NCBI GenBank assembly: GCA_015680685.1
Contig: MNCI01001980.1
Span: 265,375-329,374, forward strand
From: Gnetum montanum
Taxonomy: Eukaryota > Plantae > Gnetophyta
Length of the DNA: 64,000 bases
Reading direction: 5' to 3'
Of this stretch, positions 12,640-23,254 are shown piece by piece. The position numbers and the translations under genes were made by a program. Position 1 is the first letter of the stretch; each line of letters starts with the position of its first letter. The notes beneath the pieces were generated by a model, which did not search any database, was not told the DNA's origin, and was given only the letters and a program-made list of their open reading frames with translations.

Positions 12640-14405
12640 GCACAATGTTTAAGGGACTCACGACAGGAGAGCCATCACACACTGTTGAAGGACAAAAGGG
12701 TCCTGCACGTCCTAAGTGAAATCAGAGATGGCGAACCACTTATAATGGGTTCTCCATCAGATGATGTTCCCCCCCTTCTAATGATGGTGAGCAGGTGGGG
12801 TATCAGAACTTACGCTCCACGATACACAACCCTAGTTCTGATCCTTGTGAATGGCAATTGTTCACTGAGGAAACAACAACACATAACAAGGACAGGCACT
12901 TAGATCGTCATCACGATTGGGGTCGTAGTCATAGAAGAGAAGGTAAGAAGCATTGTCATGGCGATGGTTCTCCTTCTTCTTCTCCTTCATCACATCACTC
13001 ACCCTCTCCTTCCACATCTGGGTGCACCGATCAAGAGCATAACAGAGAGGATAGAGGTAGGAAAAATGAGAGACCTCGATGAGAGAGTCAAGAGTGAGGA
13101 CAAGGGCATGAACGAAGGGAAAGTAGGGAACAACGTAGACACCATTGATGTCATGAAAGAGATGATCATGACAAGCCCCTACTTGCCACCTAAAGTATGC
13201 TAGATATAACGGAGGTAGTGAGAATACTGACAAGGCACCAAAAAGATAACTAGATCAAGTGCTTAAACATGAATAATATCCCATGCTTTGAGGGGGGATA
13301 CAACGCTGATCCGCAACATCATTTACAGGCATTCCATGATGCCTGTGGCTTGCAAAACATAGAGAACGAGTGGCAAAAACTAAAGTTGTTTCCTAGGACA
13401 CTCACAAAGGAAGTAGAGAGTTGGTATCGGTCCTTAGAACTGAAAACCATTAGGAGATGGAGTACAATGTTAGAGTTGTTTAATGATAAATATCAAATGT
13501 ACTCCAGAGTGTCTAACTTGTGTAAGCAGATCCAAGGATGGAAGCAAGGTAATCATGAACCCTTGGATGCTACCATGGGCTAATACTATGCATTGCTACA
13601 TCACTGCCCGAGCCATGATTGCACACAATGGGACCAACTTCGCCACATCGTAGATGGGCTAAGATATGAGACTAGGAGAACCCTTGGGAGATTATCAGAA
13701 CTTAGATCCCATGAAATTCATCACTTGTTGGAGTAAGTAGCCAAAGAAGAAGGGGAGCTACAAAAAAGAGAGAGCGTGAAAGAATACAACCGTGATCCTT
13801 CCCTTTGAAAGAAGGGAGTGAGATTTTGTGATGAAGAGGATGAGTCACCACTCGAAGAGTTGGTGAACAGAAAGACCTTGTTGATTCAAAAGCTAACAAC
13901 CAAAGTGTCGGCTAAGGTGGATCAATTGTGGGATTCCTTGGACTCTAGACTTGAAGCTGTCATGAAAATCGTAGAGGAGTCTAAGGTGGAACGAGGTAGT
14001 GACTCTAATAAGACAAAGCATAGAGATGGAGGCCATGCACGTAACAATGGTAAGGGGAAAATAACTATCTCCGATGAGGTTGTGGATTCAGACATAGACA
14101 ATGATGGTGGATGTGAGATCTACCAATACGACCATCCTAAGAGATGTTGTCCAATCATCTCACATCTACAAGAGTCTGGGGTGTATGCACTCAACTCGAG
14201 ACTTAATAGATGACAAACACCTCAAAGGTTACCTTATCCCCAAGTTAACCCAAGGTAGTTCCACCAATCGTTAACATAGTATCCAAGTGGAACTCCACCA
14301 CAACCCATCGGGCAACATCAGCAGTGGCAACACCCACAGTCATGGGGGATGGCACCGCCCAGAGAACAATACCCTAATCGATAACCTGATCCTTATGGCT
14401 ATTAC
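12640..14405 (+). pseudogene. Family-A gag, left arm (disrupted)
   Basis: ORF 13269-13583 IPCFEGGYNADPQHHLQAF...KLKLFPRTLTKEVESWYRSL (Retrotrans_gag pattern), plus further fragments. Start coordinate is approximate. Confidence 0.85.
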
Positions 14406-15593
14406 GTGCAACAGCTGGTTTCTCCAAGTGACTCTATGGGTCACACGACTCCCCAATGTCACTACCAAGTTCAGGAGTACTTTAGAAGTACTCCTTCTCC
14501 TATGGGAGACAGTCCACACTTGTACCATCCTCAAAATCGATCCGCCACTCTTCCGCCGATAGTTCCACTACCACTAGCTCCAACACTGCAAGGGGAACTC
14601 CCCACTCAACTGCAGCAACGCAATGCTACGAGAGCTATAAACATTCAACTCGCTACTAGTTCTAACAACCGCAAGAAAAGAAGACCCTGGTTCAGAACCA
14701 AAAGCCCAGAAAAGCTCTCACAACAACAAGCGGTTGAGTCTATGTACGCTCCTTCGGCAAACAAGACTTCGGAGCTCCCTTCGATCCAACAACAGAGCTA
14801 CATGCATACGATTATGTTAATGCATACCATTACTGATTGGATCAAGGTAGGCTACCTTCCCAGGAAACTCTCTGATCTTGGAAGCCCCTTAATCTATTTA
14901 CAAGTCACTAGGAATGAACCACAAAAGGCTCTTCTTGACTCAGGTTCTGGAGTCAACTTAATCTCACAAGAAATGTATCAAGCCTGGAACTTGCCCGAAC
15001 TCAAGAAGAGCAACATTCAACTAGAGCTTGCTAACCAATCCATCACCATTCCCTTGGGATTGCAGAAGGACATAGTTACCACTGTGTGTGGTTGGTCATA
15101 CCTAGTTGATTTCATGGTGATAGAAGTTAAGAGTGACAATGGGGGCTTCCCAATTATAATGGGAAGGCCATGGCTGAGTACAATAGATGCATACTTAGGG
15201 ATCTGCGATCTTTCCTTGGAGATATCTAAGGTAAAAATTTATGGAAAGATCGAGAAGAAGAAAGTTCCATGCATCACATACAGTGACTCAGAGGATGATG
15301 ACATAGAGGAATGCTCAACATCCCTTCCATGTAATCGATGTGCCCTAGAAACACAAATACAAAGGTGCCTATATGTAGAAACCACACAAGTAGTGGACAC
15401 CCCGTGGTTGACAACTAGTCAAAAGAGTAATCCAATATGCATGGAACAAACTGGGGGAACAACTCATGCTAACAATGAAGGCAGAGACACACTGGAATAC
15501 GAGCATCACCAACTTCCACCCCTTAACCTGAAAACATCAATTGGGAGAAGTTGGACACTTTTAAGAAATTCAAATAGGCGCTCATTACTTTAG
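14406..15593 (+). CDS. Open gag-tail plus retropepsin (aspartic protease) segment of the family-A element; pol deleted downstream
   Basis: 395-aa open frame with KLSDLGSP, ALLDSGSGVNLI, LELANQSI, DFMVI and IIMGRPWL, typical of Athila-type proteases. Confidence 0.8.
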   Translation: MQQLVSPSDSMGHTTPQCHYQVQEYFRSTPSPMGDSPHLYHPQNRSATLPPIVPLPLAPTLQGELPTQLQQRNATRAINIQLATSSNNRKKRRPWFRTKSPEKLSQQQAVESMYAPSANKTSELPSIQQQSYMHTIMLMHTITDWIKVGYLPRKLSDLGSPLIYLQVTRNEPQKALLDSGSGVNLISQEMYQAWNLPELKKSNIQLELANQSITIPLGLQKDIVTTVCGWSYLVDFMVIEVKSDNGGFPIIMGRPWLSTIDAYLGICDLSLEISKVKIYGKIEKKKVPCITYSDSEDDDIEECSTSLPCNRCALETQIQRCLYVETTQVVDTPWLTTSQKSNPICMEQTGGTTHANNEGRDTLEYEHHQLPPLNLKTSIGRSWTLLRNSNRRSLL

Positions 15594-15682
15594 ATCTCTC
15601 CCTTTCCATTTAGTCATGGGGGAGATGGCCACCTATGCTGATCATTGGAGGCCCTCAGTTCTTTTTGATTTTTGTTTTACAT

Positions 15683-17860
15683 GTGAAGCTCTGTTGTTGG
15701 ATGGAAGGGAGCTCTGAAGTTTTCTTTGTCAGAGGAGCATACATAGACTCAACCACTTGTTGTTGTGAGAGCTTGTCTGGGCTTTTCATTCTAAAGAAGG
15801 GTCTTCTTTTCTTGCAATTGTCAGAACCAGTGGCGGGTTGAATGTTTATAGCTCTCGTAGCGTTGTGTTGCTGCGGTTGAGTGGGGAGTTCCCCTTGCAT
15901 GGTACATGTATGGAGCTGGTGGTAGTGGAATTACTGGCGGAAGAGTGGCAGATAGATTTTGAGGATGGTACATGTATGGAATGTCTCCCATAGGAGAAGA
16001 GGTACTTCTAAAGTACTCCTGAACTTGGTAGTGACGTTGGGGAGTTGTGTGACCCATAGAGTCACTTGGAGAAACTGGCTGTTGCACGTAATAGCCATAA
16101 GGATCAGGTTGCTGGTAAGGGTATTATTGTCTGGGTGGTGGCATCCCCCATGACTGTGGGTGTTGCCATTGCTGATGTTGCCTGATGAGTTGTGGTGGAG
16201 TTCCACTTGGATAGTATGTTAACGGTTGGTGGAACTACCTCGGGTTACCTTGGGGATAAGGTAACCTTCGGGGTGTTTGTCGTCTGTTAAGTCTCAGGTT
16301 AAGTGCATACATCCCAAACTCTTGTAGATGTGAGATGATTGGACAACATCCCTTAGGATGGTCATATTGGCAGATCTCACATCCACCGTCATTGTCTATG
16401 TCTGAATCCACAACCTCATCGGAGATAGTTATTTTCCCCTTACCATTGTTAAGTGCATGGCTTGCATCTCTCCACTTTGTCTTATCAGAGTCACTACCTC
16501 GTTCCACCTTAGACTCCTCTATGATTTTCATGACAGCTTCAAGTCTAGAGTCTAAGGAATCCCACAATTGATCCACCTTAGCCAACACTTTGGTTGTTAG
16601 CTTTTGAATCGGCAAGGTTTTTCTGTTCACCAACTCTTTGAGTGGTGACTCATCCTCTTCATCGCAAAATCTCACTCCCTTCTTTCAAAGGGAAGGATCA
16701 CGGTTGTATTCTTCCATGCTCTCTCTTTTTTGTAGCTCCCCTTCTTCATTGGCTATTTGCTCCAACAAGTGATGAATTTCATGGATCTAAGTTTTGATAA
16801 TCTCCCTTGGGCATAAGTCCCAAGGGTTCTCCTAGTCTCATATCTTAGCCCATCTACGATGTGGTGAAGTTGATCCCGTTGTGCATAACCATGGCTTGGG
16901 CAGTGATGTAGCAATGCATAGTATTGGCCCATGGTAGCATCCAAGGGTTCATGATTACCTTGTTTCCATCCTTGGATCTGCTTACGCAAGTTAGACACTT
17001 TGGAGTATGTTTGATATCTATCATTAAACAACTCTAACATCATACTCCATCTCCTAATGGTTTCTGGTTCTAAGGATCGGTACGAACTCTCTGCTTCCTT
17101 TGTGAGTGTCCTAGTAAACAACTTCAGATTCTGCCACTTGTTCTCTACGTTTTGCAAGGCATAGGCATCATGGAATGCCTGTAAATGATGTTGTGGATCA
17201 ACGTTGTATCCCCCCTCAAAGCGTGGGATATTATTCATGTTTAAGCGCTTGATTCAGCTATCTTTTTCATGCCTTGTTGGTATTCTCACTACCTTCGTTA
17301 TATCTAGCATACTTCGGATGGAAATTAGGGGCTTGTCATGATCATCTCTTTCATGACGTCTATGGTGTCTACGTTGTTCCCTACTTTCCCTCCGTTCATG
17401 CCCTTGTCTTTGCTCTCGACTCTCTCGTCGAGGTTTCTCATTTTGCCTACCTCTATCCTCTCCGTTATGCTCCTGATGGTTGTGCCTAGATGTGGAAGAA
17501 AGGGTGAGTGATGTGATGAAGGAGAAGAAGAAGGAGAACCATCGCCATGACGATGCTTCTTACCTTCTCTTCTGTGACTACGGCCCCAATCGTGATGACG
17601 ATCTAAGTGCCCGTCCTTGTGATGTGTTGTTGTTCCCTCAATGAACAGTTGGCATTCATGGGGATCAGAACCAGGGTTGTGTATCATGGAGTGTAATTTC
17701 TAATACCCTACCTCCTCACCATGGTTAGGTGGAGGAACATCATCTAATGGAGAACCCGTTATAAGTGGTTCACCATCTTCGATTTCACTTAGGATATGCA
17801 GGACCCCTTTGTCCTTCAACAGTGTGTGATGGCTCTCCTACCGTGAGTCCTTTAAATGTT
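15683..17860 (-). pseudogene. Family-A gag, right (inverted) arm, truncated before the protease
   Basis: ORFs 16753-17238, 16235-16675 and 15655-15900 mirror 13269, 13818 and the start of 14406. Confidence 0.88.
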
Positions 17861-18319
17861 GTGTTGATGTGGGATGGTAATACCTTGTGTCAAAATCACC
17901 TATAACATACTCAACATATAGTTGTGTCATGTTGATCTGTGCAAGAGCACGGAGGAGCATGTTTGGGACTGACCGATGTGGAGGTAACACTATGTTACCT
18001 TGCAAGTCTCTCCATTGCAGCTATTCATCTTGATGGAGGATAAAGGTAAAATTTGGTATGTACTCATTGGGATGGGTATATACCACTAGGTATTGTTGAG
18101 GAATTGGTGGATTTCGATTATGTGTTTTAGATTGCCGACTGTTTCTAGTATAATCCCTAGGTGGTGAATTTCTTTTGTTTGAAGAAGAAGACATTGTTAT
18201 TTTATTCGGTGTGCTGTTTAACCATTATATAATTTTTCATTTAATTAACCCTAAGGTTGGTTTAAGCTTCCAACGATGGGAGTAATTTCCTATGTTCTAC
18301 TTAGCACACAAACACTTAG

Positions 18320-18336
18320 CCCCGGCAACGACGCCA
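18320..18336 (-). promoter_or_regulatory. Primer-binding site (tRNA-Asp type) of the right arm
   Basis: Minus strand TGGCGTCGTTGCCGGGG, 1 nt after the LTR end; Athila-type consensus is TGGCGCCGTTGCCGGGGA. Confidence 0.85.
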
Positions 18337-18337
18337 A

Positions 18338-19114
18338 TCATGAGTGACGAGGTACCCATACAATCAACCATACGAATACGAGCGTAGCACGCGCAATCCG
18401 GTCGAACTCCACAAACTAAGTGTCTACATGCCTTATGGAACACTTAAGGTTAATCATTCATTGTCTTCCTAGACTTACTTGTAGTTGTCACGGTGTATGG
18501 TTAAGTAAGTCTGAGGTATATGATTTTTATGTCTTTTTTGTTTTATCTCCTATGCTATTGAGGTGAAGGGTGAAGAGACTAATTAACCAACTCTAACTAA
18601 CTAACTAAACCTTAATTAACCTAGTGTCAGCATCCGTTCCCACTTACCGTTCACACCTTGAACCAATGCAACCTTGGTTACCAAATGCTAGTCGTTGCTG
18701 GGATCACCAAGCATAACGCACGTGCTCGAAGTGGTCGTACTGAGGCACTTAACTAGGAGAGAAGGGTTGAGAGAGATTTAATGACTAATAAAGCATTTAA
18801 ATAATGAATAATAAATAACAGTAAATAAAATCCTAATTAGCCTATTCCATGAACTGCAAGGTTTATCCAAGAAGTTCGTCTTTATTGCTGTACACAAACT
18901 TGTGTTCAGGTACAATGTCTGCTCGAATAAAGATCTGTTCACTTTGGAGTTCCTACTGCGGGCACATGGAAATTAATGTATCTCTGGATAGGTAAAACTG
19001 CTAGAGTTTTGCTATGGTCTAGGCCTAGATGAGAAACAAGAGAGAACTGCCTCTTATTTATAGACTTGGCGGTGCACCATGATATCACGGCGACTGCGAT
19101 ATCGCGTCCCATCA
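18338..19114 (-). repeat. Family-A LTR, right arm (inverted)
   Basis: Minus strand TGATGGGAC...CTCATGA, TATA box near 19055-19063, followed by the PBS. Confidence 0.9.
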
Positions 19115-19119
19115 GACCT

Positions 19120-22100
19120 CTTACAAGAAAAACTAACCTTCTCTTACAAGAAAAAGAACTTATAGGTACCAAATTAGTGAATGAAAGGCTAGTTAAAGGG
19201 AAAGAATATCTTCACATTATGCAAAGACAAGGAAGAAGTCCACAAAATAAAAGTAGACTAGGATTCTACCAACAAGAAGAAGCATCTACAAAAAATTCAT
19301 CCAAATAAGAGAATACTCGAAAGATTAAAGTGTCAACTTGCACTACATCAATACAAAGAGCAGCTCCAAGGTTTGATCACTTTATCCAAAATAAAAGGGT
19401 TAGATGTTACTATTGTAATGGAATTTGGCACAAGTAATGTGATTGTAACTTAAAATATTATCGCATGAACACCTAGTCAATCATAAGACTCCTTGGTCTT
19501 ACCAAAATGCACCTAGAAAGGAAGTCTTGCATGACAAGAAGAAACAAAGGACAAATCAAAAGGGCAAGGAGAATAAAAAGGTGTGGAGAATTAAATGAAA
19601 GGAAGAAAGTTAAAAAAATATTCATAAAAAATTTTATCTAATGGAGCTAAACATTAGAAATAAAAATTTATATGAAAGGAGAACTTCAAAAGAAGAACCT
19701 CATTCTCAAGCTCCTTAAACATCTTCATCTCCATCAACAAGCACGATAATTAGAGGTAAGCCTTCATCTCAATTAGAATATCTTTTAACACATCCATGGA
19801 AATTATCCCATGAACCTTTCCTTGCTAAGACATCTACCATTAGACGTCTACACAGCAAGATGGACATATATCCATAGATGTCTGCATTGCAAGTCTATCT
19901 AAGTTTTGAGTAGACACAACATAGATGTCTACTAGTCAAGATAGATGTCTATATTTTTGTAAAAAATCCATGATGGTCATAATTACATAAAGCCAACACT
20001 TCATTTTCCCCTCATGTTACAACATCCAAGCATAGATGATTGAGAGAAAATGACCAGGGCTTCCTCAGCAAAAAGATTTTGTTACTATCTGAGAGATTCT
20101 TTTACTTTTAGCAACGTCATTCGAAGTAACTTATGGCATTTTTCCAAGTGTTGAATTAGGTGTCCTTTATTTCTCTAAACTTTTGTATCCCTAAGATTCT
20201 CATTAGGGAATTTTATAAAAACATTGTAATTCAAATGCTAGTGTTGATGCTTTTACTTCCATTTTTGGGGAAATGTTGATTGAAGTCACCCCACAAGTTG
20301 TCAATGTCATCCTTGGCATTTTTAGTTCTAGTGTTCATAGGGTTACAATTAATTCCATGTCTAACATTTTCATGAATGGTGTAATACCTATTTCACACGA
20401 TGAATTTTGTGTTGCTTTGTTTAGGTAGTTTGTGTCTTTGGGTAGTGGGAAATTATTTAGGATTTAGATGGATTCAGATGCTTGCACCCTCTCTTTAATT
20501 ATTTTTTATAATATTACTGTAAAAGGGGGAAGTTATAGCTTCTTATTACTAGCCTAAGCCTTTGTTCTTTATTTTCTACTCATTGGGTAGCCACTAGACT
20601 TGGGCCATATCTTATGCAGAGACATGTTATGTCTCTTTGCTAGGGAGAGAGTTTATGAACATCCTCATCACATCAATTTGCTAATCCATTAGATAAGTGT
20701 TTTCATTCTTGATATGCCTTTACTCAAGGCTAAGAGAAGCCTTGGTGAGTATTTAGAGAAAATGAGCTCCACCCATGTTGAAGTTATAGAACTTAGAACC
20801 AGGCCTCATAAGTCAAGGAAGAAGGCAAATACATCACCTCCATAGGCATCTCCTCAGTTGAGAAGATCTAAATTAGTTAGTGGCTAGGTGAGATCCACTC
20901 TCAAGAAGTTTCTTAAGCCTTTTGCTCGTACTATTAGGATGATTGGCAAGAACCTCTATTACCTTCATAAGAGAATGGATGCAACTAGAGTACCTCTTCC
21001 TTCATATGGGAAAAAATTTAAGAATATCATCACTCCTCCCATATTAGATAGTGAGGAGGATCTTTTAGCTTCAACTAGGCACTTGGTGACTACTAGGCCA
21101 TCTTGGGCATATGACTCATGAAATGCATCTAATTTTTAGGGCACATGTTTAGGAAAAGATTCCTAATCCTATGTATCCTAGACCCAGTTCTCACCCTCAT
21201 GGTGATGCTCCACAGACATTTGAGAAACAAGCTATGGAGAGCATCTTCGAGACTTCATCTAAGTGAAGGCTAGTTGATCCAATCATGTATTAGATAAAGG
21301 GCACTTTCTCATCTTCTTAGTAGGCTCCATCTCATCCATCCACTTCATCCTAGTTTCAAGTGAAGCTTCATCCGAAGAGAGCTCATGTATACGTTCCATC
21401 GTTAGATGATGACGATGAGTAGCATGTCTCAAGCATCAATGCCAGCACCAGTAGTGATGATGAAGAGGAGGAGACATACCAACCCACTTGTGTACTAGCT
21501 TCCTCTAATGATGAGTTTAATGATGTCACTGAGATTAGTGGTTAGGTTCCCTTGTTGGTTCCTCCTTTTGAGTGATGTCTAAAAAGGGGAGAATTTTGTA
21601 GATTGTATGGATAGTTATATATAAATATGGACGTGTATGGACATCAATAGGATGTTATGATAGTATGTCATGATCTTTTGACCTTTGTATGTGTTAGTGG
21701 ATAGCTAATGATAGTTTTATCATTGTTGATCATGTTTATGTATATGGGAAACTATGTTTTTGGTATCATGATATATTATGTGTGGATTGTATGGACAGTT
21801 ATCTATGGATATGGACTTGTATGGCTAATGACAATATGTTATGATCTTTTGAACTTTGTATGTGATGGTGGACAACATATGACAGTTTTATTATTGTTAA
21901 TAATTTTTATGTATATGGATAGTTGTGTTTTTAGTAGCATGATATATTATGAGATAGGTTTGCATTTGCAAAGTTTATGAAGAATTCTTGGTGTTATCAT
22001 TTTTTTTCTTTTACCCACTAGGTTGAACCTTTTGTCCCTATTCTAGTTTTACCCTTTGTTGCCATTGGAATATAAGTCTTAAATGCTTTTATTATTTATC

Positions 22101-23254
22101 ATTTAATTTATATGCTATGAATGGTACTAATCCATTTTCTTAAGTTTTGGACACCACCAAAAAGGAGGAGATTGTTGACCTTTTGGCATGTCAAAACCTT
22201 AAAGAAAAGGAAATTGTAGATTGTATGTATGTAATGATAATTTTGTAGGGCCATGACCTAGAACTTCACATGAAGATTTGAGAGTTCAAAAAACTAGATC
22301 TATTTTAAGTTGTCAAAATGAAGACTACATGGTGAAGATGAGAGCATGAATGAAAATGAAGTTTACAAGCCAATTGAATGTGTTTTGAAGATTTCCATGA
22401 TGTCAACTTGACAAGGGAATGCCTCAAATTGCAAAGTGCAAAATTGAAGTAGACATCTACAAAAACAGCAGATGTCTATCTTTAAAAATAGATGTCTATT
22501 CTTCTAGGTAGATGTCTCTCCTACATTAGGAACTATCTCATGTAGACATCTCAACTTTGAAGTAGATGTCTATACTAGTCATTTGATAGTTGTTGCATGA
22601 ATTCCAAGGAGTTTTTAGAAACTTTGAGGCTGTAAGACAATGTAAAAATATTGGAAATTGGACAAGCACTATTCATAGAAAGATTCATCATTGTTTACTC
22701 AAAGTGAATTTTCCTTTACTCTTCATTGTAACATCATTTGCTTGTTTGTATTAAGCTTCAAATACAAGGATCTATAAATTTAGTTACACTCTTCCCTTGT
22801 TTCTTTTTCTTTCTTTCTTGTAGCCCTATGTGGTTGATGTACTTCTTGTAAGAAGACATTTTTGTTGAGCTTGTCGGGATCCTATGGATTGTAAGGTTTT
22901 GTGGTGTCAAATTACTCTAGTGTGAAGCTCAATTTTGTAAAGGTTATGGGATCCTCTAAATGACATTTTTGAGCTTGTTGAGGCCTTCTAAGGTTGAGTG
23001 GTTTCACCATGATGAAAAACTCTTGAGTAAAGCTTAAAACTTGTATAGGGTATGGTGCCCTTCAAAACCACTTTTTGAAGAAACAAAGTATGGAAATGTG
23101 CTCATATTCTACACTCTAAGTGTGGATGTACCCAAGTTAAGAAACCATATAAAATTTTTGTGTGTTTTTTTGGCTTTAGCATTTAAATTAGGAAACTTAT
23201 TCAACCCCCCTTCTAAGTTCTCGATCCATAGAAACCGCTTCACTATTCCCAACA
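19120..23254 (+). mobile_element. SIRE/Maximus-like Copia remnant: gag C-terminus, env-like ORF remnant, double PPT, 3' LTR (copy 1; begins ~11400, split by the insertion)
   Basis: gag LHIMQRQGRSPQNKSRLGF plus a CYYCNGI knuckle and KVWRIK. env-like motif ILIREFYKN near 20195-20222. PPTs aaaaagggggaga (~21581) and aaaaaggaggaga (22159-22171). LTR TGTTG at 22173, 'tattcaacccccc' near its 3' end, ends CAACA. Confidence 0.75.
22173..23254 (+). repeat. SIRE-like 3' LTR (end could be 23259)
   Basis: TGTTG...CAACA termini directly after the PPT; GTAGACATCTAC-type repeated motifs at 22449-22572. Confidence 0.75.

Larger units (their letters stand above)
11450..19114. mobile_element. Fold-back Athila-like insertion: two inverted LTR-gag arms flanked by 5-bp TSD GACCT
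   Basis: Starts TGATGGGAC (11450) and ends GTCCCATCA (19114). GACCT lies at 11445-11449 and 19115-19119; a single GACCT marks the empty site at 43009-43013. 15683-19114 is the reverse complement of 11450-~14785. Confidence 0.9.

Noticed and set aside
18320-18336. tRNA-like 3' end ...CCGGCAACGACGCCA on the plus strand
   Set aside because: It is the complement of the retroelement PBS; no tRNA body lies upstream.
11450-19114. DIRS element or class II TIR transposon
   Set aside because: No tyrosine recombinase or transposase. The 'TIRs' are ordinary LTRs of a Gypsy family with PBS and a pol-containing relative in this window.
21594-21980. Hydrophobic ORF 21708-21980 as a membrane protein
   Set aside because: Lies in a TG/AT-rich ~185-bp repeat between the two SIRE PPTs; the frame is not kept in copy 2.
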